This document shows positions 23,631 through 37,998 of a DNA stretch of 64,000 nucleotides, in pieces. The stretch comes from Octopus sinensis. Lineage: Eukaryota. Numbering within the stretch: position 1 is the first letter of the stretch; every line of letters starts with the position of its first letter. Under the pieces are notes generated by a model. It did not search any database, was not told the origin of the DNA, and saw only the letters and a list, made by a program, of their open reading frames with translations. Location: contig NC_042997.1 of the NCBI RefSeq assembly GCF_006345805.1, positions 57,288,001 to 57,352,000 of the forward strand. The letters are read 5' to 3'. A program made the translations under genes and the position numbers.

Positions 23631-26368
23631 TAACATTAATAGTTTGAAATCTGTTCCTTTATATCGTGTTTCATACCAATCCTCATTAACAAAGTGTTTG
23701 ACTTTTTAATTGCCTAAAGTTGACACATACCAATCATGAAGTAGCCAATTCCATCAAGGAACTTAAATATGATCTACACACAGTTTAAAGTTTCTAAAAC
23801 TGAGCTAAATAGGAAGATTCAGCAAAACAAATAAAAGGATAAAAACATATTAACAAACATAATAAACACAATTGTCATGCAAAAAATTGAATAGCACAAA
23901 TGTCCAGTACTCCTTTGTTTCTCTTGGAAAATTTTCCGCCAATAGCTTTATTAGCCATGCAAGTAAAGTTAATTGGGAGTGTTGACGTTTCAGACTACGT
24001 GACCTATCAGATGGCCTATTCAAATACTAGATTTTTATCTGTGGATTACAATCAACAAATTATACTGAAATTCAAACACATTTTATCAGCAATAGAGACA
24101 TCTTGAAATTACACTAAAAGCAATGACAAACATGTGTCAATGCATAATCAACCTGAAGCAAGAATCAATGATGCCTAAGAAAAACGATAAGCCAGTTCTA
24201 TTTAAATGATAACAGAGTAAACAAAAGTAAATCCTCTTCGTCTACAAAAATCAAACAAACTGAACCAATTCTCCAAAATCATCTGCATACTGGCAGTGTG
24301 AAAAGTGGTATTTATAAAATTTTACCTGTGCAACAATTGCTAATAAAAGACAAGAGTATAATAATTTTCATTGCTTTAAAGGTCAACATGAATAAACAGA
24401 GTAACTAATGCACATCAGCAAAATACAAGACAACCAACAATTTAGTCAGAAATACAGATGGATAAGGACTAGTATTTCAATAATTCTTAATCATTTGAAT
24501 AAGTAAGGATTCATGATACAAAATTATGCCTTAAACCCTTGTGGAAAGAGTTAAGTTAAAGGATACAAAAAGATTATCTGAAAAGCTGTTAAGTTAGTCT
24601 TCAAAATACAGTCTTTTATTGAGAGGCCAAAAAGAAAACTCACAAATCACACCATAACAATCCTGGTAGAAGTAAACATCAATATGTGATCTATGACAAA
24701 CAATTCTCTACCAGAATAGGCTTTCTTTTCACAGAATATAAATAAGTAATCCTCTCCTGTTTTTTTTTTCCTGCATTCCCTGTTTCCTATTTATTTTGTT
24801 AGTTCTAAAAAATATTGCCAGAGAACTATCATCATTTCATATTTCTTCTTTAAGTTTTGAGTGAAACAAAACCTCAATTGATAAAAATATCACACAAGTA
24901 CTTTGTGATAAGTTTATAACCCTGTACTTCTAGGTTCAATCCCTGGAGAAGTAACATGGGAATAACTAATCAAATCAAATCAAAAGTAGAAACTATGTTT
25001 TCTCATAGCAATCAGCAGAAGTGATGCCAATACCCACATTCATTTTGGCAAGCTGATGAATATTAATGTTTGGTTACAGCCAGCTGTTTGGGGAATTGCT
25101 CCTTTTATAGAATATTATCTGATGTAATTTACAGAATACCAAATTTAGTTTAAAGGAAGGGTAATTTAATTTATTAAAAGATCAAACTGAAATAACAAAG
25201 AACATTTTGAAACTATTCCTTTAATATCATTCTGTATGTTGAAAAGATATATTGCATAAATCATAAGATGCTTTATTCTGGATGTGTCAATAAACTAAAA
25301 GATAAGAGCAAATGTATAAAATCATTCTTGGTCTGTTTAAAGAGACGACACAAAAGCAAAAACAAATAGCATTGAAAGGGAATTATTTGCTCAACTGCAA
25401 CAACTAAAAGTATCAATATGAACTACAATGATTCAAGATCTCTCTTCTAGTCACTGGTTCAAAGAAATGCTCAGCTTCTGTCTATGTTCAGCTCTCTATT
25501 TCTGTTTTTCTGCTCATTAGCATCTGTTTGTACCATGCTGAATCTGGCTTTCAGAGAGAGAGACATCTTTTAGCTTCTGTATTTTTCATTTCTGAAATTA
25601 TCATTTTCTTTTCTTTTTTCTTATTAAATCATTCACCATCAATCAATCAATGAAAGAGGGGTTGGTATATTCCTTGCCAGTAACTTACTTATAATACAGA
25701 TCAAAATTCCACAAGAATGGTTACTGAGCTTTTGGTTGATTGACTTTTAAGTTTGTTTTACTAAAAATTAAGTCACATGTAGCAAAGGAATATCATTATT
25801 GCCTCCTACATAATCACAATAGACACTAATTTATCTTTTCTGATGTCTGGGAACAAAGCAACTAAATTTCTAAAAATGTTACTATATCTTCATCAAGTAC
25901 GTTTATATTGCCTATCAGATACCTAAATAGAGGTATTAGATTATTCACATAAGATTGGATACTTATGAGGTTTTCCATCCACTTCCCTGCTAATAGTTAA
26001 TACCTCTACTAATTTCTAGAATTATTACCTAGGCAAAATAAGTCCTATCTACAATACTTACTGCTTCCTTCTGATCAATTTAGGAGCTACATCTTTAATT
26101 TACACACTCCATAGGCCTACTTTTATTTATATTTTTAACACCCTAGCTTCTACATAAGTTGTTCAGTTTAATTGCTGGATTTTCATGAAACAACAAATAT
26201 GTTGTATAGTTTCATAAGAAATAAAATTGCTAAGTAATTAAAAGGTAATTTTAATTAAATAGACAGATGAATATTAATGGTTGATTAGATCATTAAAGGG
26301 ATTTAAAATTTCTAAAATTTACATTAGTATTTGCTGAAACTATAAGATACAAAGAAATAGAAGAATTT

Positions 26369-26401
<33 letters not shown>

Positions 26402-27189
26402 GTAATACATTTAAATTTCTGTGAAATCAGATCAGTTAAAAGATCTATTCTAGACAGGATTTTTTATACTATCCTTAAAGCAACAATATTTATAACAATA
26501 AGTTATACATTTACATTGGGTCGCCTATATTTTTGCAATATTTTAGCTTCCGATTAATTCCTTCTTAAATCGTTTACATTTTGTAACCAATATTTCTAAA
26601 AATAAACTGATAAGTTAAAAATCTTACTTTTAACAATATTAATCACTGACAAATATTAATTTCAGAAAAAAAAAAAAGAGATCATGTCTAACAATTTTGA
26701 TATTTGTTTAAAAAAATTACATCGTGCTAAATTTAGTAATTTATCAATTCAGTTTATAAATAGCTGCTTTTGAAAATTAGATATTTCTAATATTAATTGT
26801 ATGTATATAGTTGTAGCATGGCTTCTGAATATTGATTCAAAAGGTTATGATTTTAAACATCAATGTTATGATGATGTGTTTTTCCTCAATTAACCTAATT
26901 AAAGAAATTATAAAGAACTACTGCCTCATTTGCAATTAGTATCAACAGAATGATGGTACTGATATACATATGGTTTGTATATGTGCATGTGTGTGTGTGT
27001 CATCATAGACAGAATTTACTGAAACAGATTTTCAATGGCTGGATGTCCTTCCTGTCATATATTACTTACATTTCATTTATGAGAAGGTAAATAGGTAAGC
27101 TGTCCAACCTTCACATTAATTGTAACAAAATGAAAGTTCATCAAGTTTGCAACTTATTTAATTCTTTGTTTTCAATGACCAGTTAAATC

Positions 27190-29520
27190 ATCATCATCAT
27201 CATTTAGCGTTCCATGGGTTGGACAGTTCAACTGGGGTCTGGGAAGCCAGAAGGCTGCACCAGGCCCAGTCTGATCTGGCAGTGTTTCTATGGCTGGATG
27301 CCCTTCCTAACGCCAACCACTCCGTGAGTGTAGTGGGTGCTTTTTACGTGCCACTGGCATGGGGGCCAGGCAAGGCTGGCAATGGCCATGATCGGATGGT
27401 GCTTTTTACGTGCCACCGGCACGGAGGCCAGTCGGGGCGGCGCTGGCAACGGACACGGTCGGGTGGTGCTTTTTACATGCCACCGGCACAGGGGCCAGGC
27501 GAGGCTGGCAACGGCCACGATCGGATGGTGCTTTTTACGTGCCACTGGCACGGAGGCCAGTCGGGGCGGCGCTGGCCATTATCGGATGGTGCGCTTACGT
27601 GTCACCGGCACTGGTATCGCAGCTGCAATTTCCATTGATGTTGATCGACTTCGATTTTGGTTTTGATTTCTGATTTGATTTCATTTCATTTGATTTTGAT
27701 TTCCACTTGCCTCAACGGGTCTTCACAAGTGGAGTTTTGTGTCCCAAGAAGGAAAGGTATGCATAAGTCGACTGGCTACATCCCAGGTAGAGTTCGCGGG
27801 TAATGGTCTCACTAGTCCTGCCAAGTCTTCTCACGCACAGCATACTTCCATAGGTCTCGGTCTCTAGTCATCTCCTCAGTGAGACCTAAAGTTCGAAGGT
27901 CGTGCTTCACCACCTCGTCCCAGGTTTTCCTGGGTCTGCCTCTTCCACAGGTTCCCTCAACCGCTAGGGTGTGGCACTTTTTCACACAACTATCTTCATC
28001 CATTCTCGCCACATGACCATACCAGCGCAAACGTCTCTCTTGCACACCACATCTGATGCTTCTTAGGTCCAACTTTTCTCTCAAGGTACTTACACTCTGT
28101 CGAGTATGAACACTGACATTACACATCCATCGAAGCATACTGACTTCATTTCTTGCGAGCTTACGCATATCCTCAGCAGTCACGGCCCATGTTTCACTGC
28201 CATGTAGCATAGCTGTTCGTACACACACATCATACAGTCTGCCTTTTACTTTGAGTGAGAGGCCTTTTGTCACCAGCAGAGGTAAGAGCTCTCTGAACTT
28301 TGCCCAAGCTATTCTTACTCTAGCATTTACACTTTCAGCACATCCGCCCCCGCTACTGACTTGGTCACCTAGGTAATGGAAACTATCAACTATTTCTAGT
28401 TTTTCTCCCTGGAAAGTGGCAGAAGTTGGTCTCAGAGCATTTTCAGTGTTTATTGCTCCTGAGCATCTGCCACATACAAAAACTATCTTCCTAGTTAGCC
28501 TTCCTTTGACATTGCTGCACTTCTTATGTGTCCATTGCTTACACCTGGTGCATCTTATAGAGTTTCTACCTACACCTTTTCTACAGATCGAGCAGGGCCA
28601 TCTACCTGAAGGCATTTGTGATTTGTCTACCTTCCTACTTATTAGGACTTTGGTTTTAGCTAGATTGACTCTAAGGCCCTTCGATTCTAATCCTTGCTTC
28701 CACACCTGAAACTTCTCCTCCAGTTCTGATAGAGACTCAGCAATTAGAGCAAGGTCATCAGCATAGAGGAGCTCCCAGGGGCATCCTGTCTTGAATTCCT
28801 CCGTTATTGCCTGGAGGACTATGGTAAATAGGAGGAGGCTGAGGACTGAGCCTTGATGGACCCCTACCTCTACCTGGAATTCTTCACTGTACTCGTTGCC
28901 AACCCTCACCTTACTAGCAGCGTCCCTGTACATGGCTCGCACAGCTCTCACTAACCATTCATCTATCCCTAGTTTCCTCATTGACCACCAGATAAGGGAT
29001 TGGGGGACCCCATCGAAGGCTTTCTCCATGTCAACAAAAGCCAGGTACAGGGGCTTATCTTTGGCTAGATATTTCTCCTGCAGCTGCCTTACCAGGAATA
29101 TAGCATCAGTGGTACTTTTCCCTGGCATGAACCCAAACTGCATCTCATCTAAACTAACTCACTAATTAGTTGGGCTATGACCCTCTCCGTAACCTTCATT
29201 ACCTGATCCAACAGCTTGATACCTCTGTAATTATTTGTATCTAGGGCATCACCTTTACCTTTGTAGCAGTTGACTATTATGCTGCTACACCAGTCATTGG
29301 GTATGACTCCTTCGTGTATCACCTGATTAACTATACGGGTGACTAGGCTATAGCCGACACTACCAGATATTTTGAGCATCTCTGCAGTGATTCCTGATGG
29401 GCCTGGGGCTTTCCCTGTCTTCATGCTTCTAATTGCCTTAACTACCAAGGAACTGTTAACTCGGATAGCTGGTCCCTCTGTTGGGTCAACATTTGGCAGA
29501 CTCTCTTTATCCCATTCATA
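27190..29520 (-). mobile_element. 5'-truncated RTE-clade LINE, relatively young, with long minisatellite 3' UTR and (ATG)n tail
   Basis: KAPGPSG, NYRGIKLL, QFGFMPGKSTTDAIF, FVDMEKAFD, GVHQGSVLS, YADD, RLRWYGHV, GRGRPRKTW. 3' UTR contains aggaagggcatccagcc. Confidence 0.95.
27812..29448 (-). pseudogene. RTE ORF2 reverse transcriptase, one frameshift near 29145, with a PHD-like finger
   Basis: ORF-track 443 aa and 99 aa pieces are collinear RT regions. CSIC-x10-CTRC-x4-H-x2-C-x14-CGRC at 28463-28600. Confidence 0.9.
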
Positions 29521-31409
29521 TTTCTAAAATTTAGATGAGCAAAAGTAATAAAATACTGATATGTGGAACTAGGGTAATGGAAGCCAAAAGAAAAAATTTA
29601 CCAAGGAACATTAAAATATTTCACACAATAAGTCTCATATTTTGTATTTCAATTGAATTTACACATGCTGATAAGTCCGATTTCTAACCATCATCAGATA
29701 TTCTGAATGTAGACTTTGTCTCAGGGTGGATTTAAATTCTGTGGATTTACTTCTAAACAAAGCATATTGTGTGCATGTGTGAGAGTGATTTCCTTTACAA
29801 ATAAAAGTTTCAAGTTCAAATTTAGCCAGGAACATTTTATGTATTCAATACATCTGATGGTGTTTGGAAACCAAATTGTTCTAAATATGAAGCAAATTGA
29901 AACACAAATACTGAGATGAAATACTCCAGGAAACTGTATATCATAATTAATCTCAGAAGTCAACTCAAGAAACATTGCCAGAGTAACATTTATGGACAAC
30001 TGAGAGAAGTCTGTACACACTCAATTTGCTCAAACTAGCAAGTTGGATCGCTCTTGAATAAAAACTCTACCATCATAAACAAGGAAGGCCACATTGAATA
30101 ACATTGTGCTAGATATACTGAAAAAAAAAAAGCACTAGGTGGTCATGGATAAAATATTTCTAACTTGAAGTTTTGATCACTCAACTTTTACTTGGAACTA
30201 AACAACAAAAAAAGTAATATGCAATATGAACAAAGCTCATTGAGATTCTATATTCCCTCAAACTGAACAACTTCTAAAATATATGATGTTATTTTGGTAT
30301 ATATGTTTGAAAAGATAATCAAAAATGCTTACACACACTAGAAAGAAACTTCTTTCACAAAGGTTAGTGACATTCTGATAAAGTATTTACAACTTAAAAA
30401 GAAATTCTTTAACACTTTTTTTATACTTACTAAAACTGTATCAAGTAATTTTCACAAAGACATATATATATATATATATATATAAAATTGCTATTATGCA
30501 AAAGTGTCCTAAGCTCAAAACGTTGCTTTTTCAGAAAACAAAAAAATAGTTTCACCATTCCATAGCAAAACCATTGTACTACACTTTGACAATTTTGATA
30601 TCTTGGTATCTGAAGCAGCTGGCAATACAATAGTTTGATCAAAAGAATGGGCTGTTGCAAGCAAACATAAATATTGAAAAAAATGCATTTGACTAAATTT
30701 GGACATACGACAGTTTAACATAATAGCAACGATATGTGTATATATACATACACACACAACCTATGAACTATATACTTATCTCCAACAGACAACTGCACTG
30801 AATAAAACTATTGGAACCAATAACAACCATCTACAGAGAAATTGTTTTGTAAACCAGTTACAAATTGATAGGAATATCTTTCATTAATTTGAGGAGTATA
30901 AATGAATGCAAACTCTTCAAAAATTAAAATATCAAAATTCAAAACACAGGCAAGATTGTCATTTTATATATATATATAAAAAAAACTTCCCAAAACAAGT
31001 AACATCATCATTTGTCTAAATTCTAATAACACAAATTAATATTATGAACATCATTTTCTCACCTCAAGATATCTTAACATCTATTGCTTATGCAGCCAAT
31101 TATTCATCTGTTTCTTTTCAAGAGTCAATTATTGATTTGCTTGTTTTGAATGAAGAGTCAATTATTGATTTACTTGTTTTGAAGAGTTGTAATTGCTTGT
31201 TATGGAAAAATATTTCAAATTAGCCTCACAAGCATACCATATCTATCTATATGTCTATACATAAGTGTGTGCATATACACACAATTATCATCATTTAAAT
31301 GTCTATTTTCCCTACTTGGAAGGATCAGGTCAGATTAAAGTAAATGTTGAAGCTGAATGAGAAAAGTTTGATGAAGTCAAAATTTAGTTGTTTGAATTTT
31401 ATAGATAAA

Positions 31410-31793
31410 CTAGCAGTATCGCCCGGCGTTGCTCAGGTTTGTAAGGGAAATAACTATAAAGCATTTTTAGAGAGTTATAGCCAAATAATAGCAAAAAAAT
31501 GGAAAAAAATTATTGTAAATTTTTTTTGAGATTTAAAAAAGGTGGAGTTGCGTCCCCTAGACAGTTTGTGGTTCGTGTTTCTGATTCTCGACCCCATGTC
31601 GAATTTATCGATTTTTTTCAGAACTGGGGGAACTTTTCAAAATTTTCGCTGTGTTACTTTTGAATTATGACATTGGGTTATGTGTGTGTCAAGTTTCATC
31701 AGAATCGGTTGAAAGCCATGGTCAGGGTGAGGGTACAAGCAAACAGACACACAGAAACACGCACAGACAAACTGCCGTTTATATAGAGAGAGA
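31410..31793 (-). mobile_element. non-autonomous Helitron (384 bp)
   Basis: 5' TC start, 3' end ...cctgagcaacgccgggcgatactgCTAG with a subterminal GC hairpin, inserted between A and T, no TSD. Confidence 0.8.
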
Positions 31794-32259
31794 TACAGTG
31801 TGATAATAATGAATAGAAATATTTCTAGGTAGAGCAAACATATCCAACACATGTTAATGAAAATGCTACAGGTTTCAGGAAATTTCAGAGGTGATATTGG
31901 CTAACACACAATACATTGATATTGAGACCATTTAGATTTGTTAAGAGGCTAATTCATAGCATCTGACAGAATTACATGCTCAAATTCAGGTACTTCTCAA
32001 TAGATATTAACAAAACAGACCCACTGTAAAGTCATTGTCTGATTATCTGAGCCAGACGAATGTAAACACACACACACACAAATAGCTTTAACATTACAGC
32101 TTGCATCTGTTGTAACTGTTGATAGAATGATGGCCTATTGACCTAAGGGTTGACAATTTGTAGCCTACTAGCACTGCTATGGGTTAATTTTAGCTCATTT
32201 AGCAGTAAATAGCTGTGATTAGGAAGTATAGCTCATAACTCTTTGCAATAACTAATTCT

Positions 32260-32703
32260 TTAACTCTTTAGCATCTAACCCTTTAGCATTTAAACTGGCC
32301 ATATGTAGCCCAAGTGTTCTCATTTTATGCTCAAACCAGCCAAATCTGGGTTCTTACACCTACCCTACAATGTCATTCTAAAAAAAACATCATCATCAAA
32401 ACCTCGAAGCTACAAGATAATGCATAATTGATTTAAAACAATGTGAATGAATAAGTCTTATGCTGACAGAAAAATCTGAATGCTAGAGGGTTAAACTAGC
32501 CATATCCAGCCCAAATATTCTACTTGCTTTATGTTCAAGTTGACCAGATCTGGTCTCTCACATCTACTCTGCAATGTCATTCAAAAAATAAACAATCATA
32601 TCATCGAAATCTCAAAGCTAGGAGATAATGCAAGATTTATTCAAAACAAGGTGAATAAATAAGCATTACATTTGACAGAGTATTCTGAATGTTAAAGAGT
32701 TAA
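32260..32703. mobile_element. piggyBac-like MITE nested in a copy of itself
   Basis: Outer TTAA-CTCTTTAGCA...TGTTAAAGAG-TTAA; inner (C)TAA-CCCTTTAGCA...TGCTAGAGGG-TTAA (32279-32490) sits at the outer element's internal TTAA. Confidence 0.75.
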
Positions 32704-33388
32704 ATCGCAGATGTTCTGATTTTAAGACAATGTTAATAGTTTTGGATCCAAATTTTTATCTTCATTCTTGAAACCATATAATAGCTTTGTTAAGAGATTG
32801 AGGAAAATTGATCTATTATCAAGCCATCAATGGTAAAATAATAAACACAATCTTTGTTATAAATCATTCAAGAAGCCAAGTTATAAAGACAATTAATTGA
32901 ATAAGAGCAAAAGTAATATTTATAAAATTAAGATTGAAGATGTCCAGTTATCTAATATTTAAAAGGAAAACAGATCACAGACACCAAAGAAATGTAAGTG
33001 CAGTATTCTAGAAGTTAGCTTGTGGAAAGATGGTTTATTGAAAGCCAATATAGTATGATACAGAAAGAAGTGTTTTGCGAAATGAAAGGATTGAAGCATT
33101 GCAATAATATATTACAAGAGAAAGTTATTTTAATGATAATTGCATTAATATAATTAATAGTAGTTGATAGAATGTGCTACATCTGGGTAATCATATTGTG
33201 CAATCATTTCTTTAATAAGCATACCAAACAATTAAATCCAGCTAAATATCAATAATTGCCCAATGAGTCAAGGAAATAATGCATTAATTCATATATCTGA
33301 ATATCTTGGTTGATAGACTGTAAAGTTCAAAAGCCACTTAATTATACAAACTGTTGTAGAATGGCCCCACAGCAATATCTCATAAATG

Positions 33389-33445
<57 letters not shown>

Positions 33446-33949
33446 GCAAAAGAAAATGGCATATCCATTTGATAAATTGATGACCATACATTCTACAAAG
33501 GTTTTTTTTTTAATCTTGTGTGTATCAATAGTGGTGAAAATCAATATCACTTGCTAAAAGTGTGTTGAAGAGAGAATAAACAGAACTTCCAATTACACTA
33601 AAATGCAAAGAAATAAAAGTGAAGTTCGAAATATATAAACAGACAATGCCAGAAATGGTCAAAATTCAATCTACATACCTTGATAACAAGAGAAAAAGAG
33701 AGAAAGAAAGCGAGAAAGAGAGACTGTACTCATAAAAAGAAGAAAAGAAAACCAACTTAACTCTGTTTATGCTATAATTACTTTATCAAAAAATAACCTT
33801 TGAAATTTATTAAGGGTGAAAGGGATGTAAAAAATTTTTCAAGATTCAATCTATGTGTTGTTTACCTCTATTTTAGTTGAAAAAAAAAAAAACTATCTTG
33901 TCATACATTAAAAGTTCATCTTTAAACATGAAATATGTATATATAGCTC

Positions 33950-35330
33950 CAATGCTGAAAGGACACAATAGTTTCTCTAAAAAGAAGTAATTACAGAAGT
34001 TTCAAACTAATGGATCAACTTACAAAAAAATAACAGAAAAATGTTTAGCATAACTGATTAGGAAGAAAATTAGATGAGATGCAGTTTGGATTTGTGCTAG
34101 GTCAGAATACCACTAATGCTCTTTTCCTAATGAGACAACTATAAGAAACGTTCTTAGCTAAGAATTAAGTCAGTATAACTAATATTCATTGACCTGTTGA
34201 CAGGCTACTACACTCTGTAGTCTGGAGGCTGCTGAGAAAATGAGGTATAGTTGAATAACTTGTGAGTGCAATGAAAGCCATGTACAGATATGGTGTCAAC
34301 AAGGTGGGAGGGAGTAATGAGCTCAGCAAGGAATTTAGCATCAGGACTGAGTTCCTTCCAGTTTATAGTTCTACAAGTCAATAAAAGAGAAGTTTACTCT
34401 TACATGTTGGTAACCTAGTACTCAGCAATATCTGTAGAATATTTAGAGAAAAAAAATTCAAAATATGGAAGCAAATCCTAAAATCAAATGACTTCAAAGT
34501 GTATCAAACAAAGACAAAAGTTTTAGTGAACCAGCAGGAAAAACAGACAGACATTTACTGCCATCCAAGGAGTGGCCATGATTGGTATCCAGAAAAGGAG
34601 TTGATAGGAATTTCATATGGTGCACTTAGTGTAGGTGTACAATAGGGATCCAGGGCAGGCTGACTGAGAGAAGACTTTGTATGTTACAGATACATAGGAG
34701 TAATTAACAGTAAGGACAACTGTGAAATAAAATTCAAATGTTCAAATGTTTCATAGATTTTTTTTTTTTTTTTTTTGCTTAAATGACTTAATTAGTAGTG
34801 GGGGTGGATGTGCTTAAGTCTGAACAGCTAGAGTCAGAATAAGCTGAAAAATCTCAAGGATCTACATCACTGCTGAAAAGGAAGAGTGGGTTGTGTAATG
34901 CTTGCATATGAAGTATGATGTTGCATGGTAGGAAAATATGGATATTGTATATGAAGGATGAGGGAAAGCCAGAGTGAAGTGATACATATATGATCAGCTG
35001 GATATGTAATGTTAACATACATGAATGACAAATCACAAATGAGCTGATATAAAAACTGGGTATAAGAAAAATGTAATATAGTGCACAAGAAAGAAAACTA
35101 TGCTGGTACAGACTATGATGCATGTGAAAGGTTGATTAAATAATTGTGAAGAGATCCATGTGGAAGGAATCTGCAGAAGAGAAGACCAAGGCCTGGACAA
35201 AAGTTATGAAAGCTCTACCTCAGAAAATTGACAAGTAATTGTAATATATGGAGAGTCACCGTGCTGGAGAAAATTCACCCAACTTATGCAAACTTAGAAA
35301 TACAGGTATAAAAATTATGATTATGAAGAC
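33950..35330 (+). mobile_element. decayed RTE LINE RT fragment
   Basis: LIRKKIR*DAVWICAR (frameshifted LDEMQFGF), remnant PHD region, KRKLCWYRL, gaccaag...ggacaaaagtt end. Confidence 0.7.
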
Positions 35331-36870
35331 ACTGTTTTATAATTGTTTCATATCCACATGATAACTGGATAAAAGCATTATGTTTATAAACAAAGGTTTC
35401 TCATCCAAATCCAATATTGGACAATGTGCACATCCAGGTAAAAGATTATCAGTTTCATATATTTTTTGACACCAAGGTAATTTAAAATATCAAATATATG
35501 AATTTAAGAATAAAAATAGAAGTTATTTGTAATATCAAAATAAATGAAAATAACAGTTATGATTTCTAAGTGTCATGGAGTCCTTTAAAATAAAGTAAGA
35601 TATTAACCTAGTTGATGCTTAAACATTAAAAATATAGTGTAAATGTAAAAAATATCATAAAACATTTTATCTTTAAAAATGAGGTTAATAGTCTGAAAAA
35701 TTTTAAATCATAGCTTATTTCAGTCATTTTATTAAATATACAATTAATAATTTCAACAAATTAGTGGGTGTTAACATAACATATTAGCTCCAAATCTATG
35801 TATAGCATCCGTTAATTACTTCCAGTTTCCAAAAAACCCTTACATATGAATTTATTAATTGAAATTTTTATCATCATCATTTTAACATTCACTTTTCCAT
35901 GCTCACATGGGTTAGACAGAATTTGCCTAAGTAGATTTTCTATGGGTGGAAATATCGTCTGTAGTCAAATTTTGGAGCCTGTGTAGCCAGTAGATCTGGG
36001 AAGAAGGAGAAAATATGAAGTTGTTTGTTCATGCCTTTCCCAAGATTTTAACAGAGCTATTAAGCTATTCTGGTGAAAGTAGCAGAATTTTGCAGTGAAG
36101 CAAAATTACACAAAAGAAAAAATTTCTTCAATACTTCAAATTTGAAAAAAATGATAGTCCAAAACTAAATATGATGTATGGAAAAGCCTCAATATTAATT
36201 TTAATGTTTTTTTAGATTACTTTTAAACATTTACATTAACAATTTGAAGTTCTTTTGTTTGTTGGGGTTTTTTGTTTTGTTTTGTACATATGAATAACCT
36301 GTTCCTAATCCTTTGGGGAAAATCTAATACAAATAATTTAAGCTTGATTTAGTCAAGTACAATTAGTTCATAGATTCTTTGATACACAGATAATTAAATC
36401 CATCAAGTGTTATTCTACAAGTCATTTAAAAATAGAAATTAAAAGGATATTTTTTTTTTTTTAAATTACAAATTTAAACAATAAAATTACAGTCTGCAAG
36501 TGTTATGCTGTTGATGTTTGAACCTTGTAGCTTTTAACAAGACTACTGAATGTTCTCCATCATACAGTCCATGATTATAACAAACCATAGTTTCCATACA
36601 GCAAAGATAATTATGGATAGTGTTTTAGAATGCTGTTGGCTTCATAAGCTTTAAAGAACAATTTCAACCCATCTTCCCAAACTAATAAAGCACCTACTAT
36701 TCCTGCAGTGCTCCTGCTCCTTACACTGATAAATTGTGCCTATCTATTGTACCTATTCACAGGGCATTAAACCAACAAGTAATATGTCCTGGAAATGGAT
36801 ATAATGAAGTTCTAATAATTAGATATTGACCAATGACATAGCAAATATTCTCAGTAATTTTCCTACTTAC

Positions 36871-36959
36871 ATCCAGAGGCAACTCCCTCCCTTTCCCTCT
36901 TGCTGCACATGTGGAATTGACTCAGGCCAACACATAATCTACTTGGTTTGCAGTGACTG
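36871..36959 (-). other. candidate internal exon of a minus-strand transcript, probably non-coding
   Basis: Acceptor tttttatag(cag) and donor gtaagt, followed by an 82-nt intron-like gap and acceptor ccatttccag before 36788. No long ORF across the junction. Confidence 0.35.
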
Positions 36960-37998
36960 CTATAAAAACTTTGTTAGAGAAACAATTATCCCAAAAATAT
37001 TTATATATAAAATATATCTAGGCTAGTGATTATTCTATGGAACAGAAAATAATTCTATCTTATTTTGAAGACAATTATATAAAAGAACATCATTTAGACC
37101 TTAAATTGTCTTTCAGATCTCACTACCACTACATCAATTAGGAAGAGGCTTCAGGAGTTTTATTTTAGGATAAGCTAGAATCAATACTTGGTGTAGAGTT
37201 TAATATGCACATTCATGCTTTAAAATGGACAAGAGAAAAGAAGCTTTAGTTGATTAAACCAACAATTATAAGATTTCCCAGGCTTGAACTCAGAATGTTA
37301 TAGAATAACATATAGTATTGACCTCTGTCAAAAGCATGGCCCACAACATTTTTTTTTTTTTTTTTTGGTGAGGGTGGCAGTGGAAGAATATACTTGATTA
37401 CATTACATCACATCAGTTCTTGACTTAATGATAAAAGGCTAAATTGACACTGGGAGAATTTGAACACAGGAACAATGTAAATTAAATTCTACAATACATC
37501 TTATATATATTTTATCCAGCATTCTTATAATTCAGCCAATCCATTACTACAAAGTATTTAGTTTGGAGCAGTTCAACACTTGTCATCACTTTTACATCTG
37601 CATTTCTATGCTGGCTTGGGTTGGAGAGGACTGGAGGTGGGGCAGTGGTTTTATGGCTAGATGCCCCTTTTGACACCATCCCTTTTAAATAAGACCCAAT
37701 TGTATAAACTATATAAATAACAAACTATTAAAATATTATGCATTACCAGACAAAAGTGTTGTAGGGAGACAAATGCAAAGACACGCGCGACAGGGCTGGC
37801 CTTCGATTAGAGTAGAAGACACTCATTGAGGTACTGTAGAAGGCACTTGCTCAAGATACCAAGCAGTGCAACTGAAACTAGTTGTAAAGCCACACTGCCA
37901 TACCTATATGGTATATACATACACCCAGTATTTAGTTTCATTGGCGCTTTTTAATGAATAATCCAAGTACCATCACACCACATAGTACTACATACCTT

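Noticed and set aside
27480-27530. Similarity of CCAGCCTCGCCTGGC...GCCGGTGGCA to the HDV ribozyme
   Set aside because: I could not build a canonical nested double pseudoknot. The L3-equivalent loop varies freely between units and the putative P1 strands pair locally instead.
27335-27610. CRISPR-like appearance (constant repeat with variable insert) of the ~60-bp units, also at 47497-47840 and 2985-3660
   Set aside because: Variable parts are only 6-11 nt and recur, the array is the 3' UTR of a eukaryotic RTE LINE, and there are no cas genes.
36750-36959. Spliced frame with an in-frame TGA (VDYVLA*VNSTCAARGKGRELPLD|DILLVGLMPCE), possible selenoprotein
   Set aside because: No recognisable selenoprotein motif or SECIS, the frame ends quickly, and all three frames have stops.
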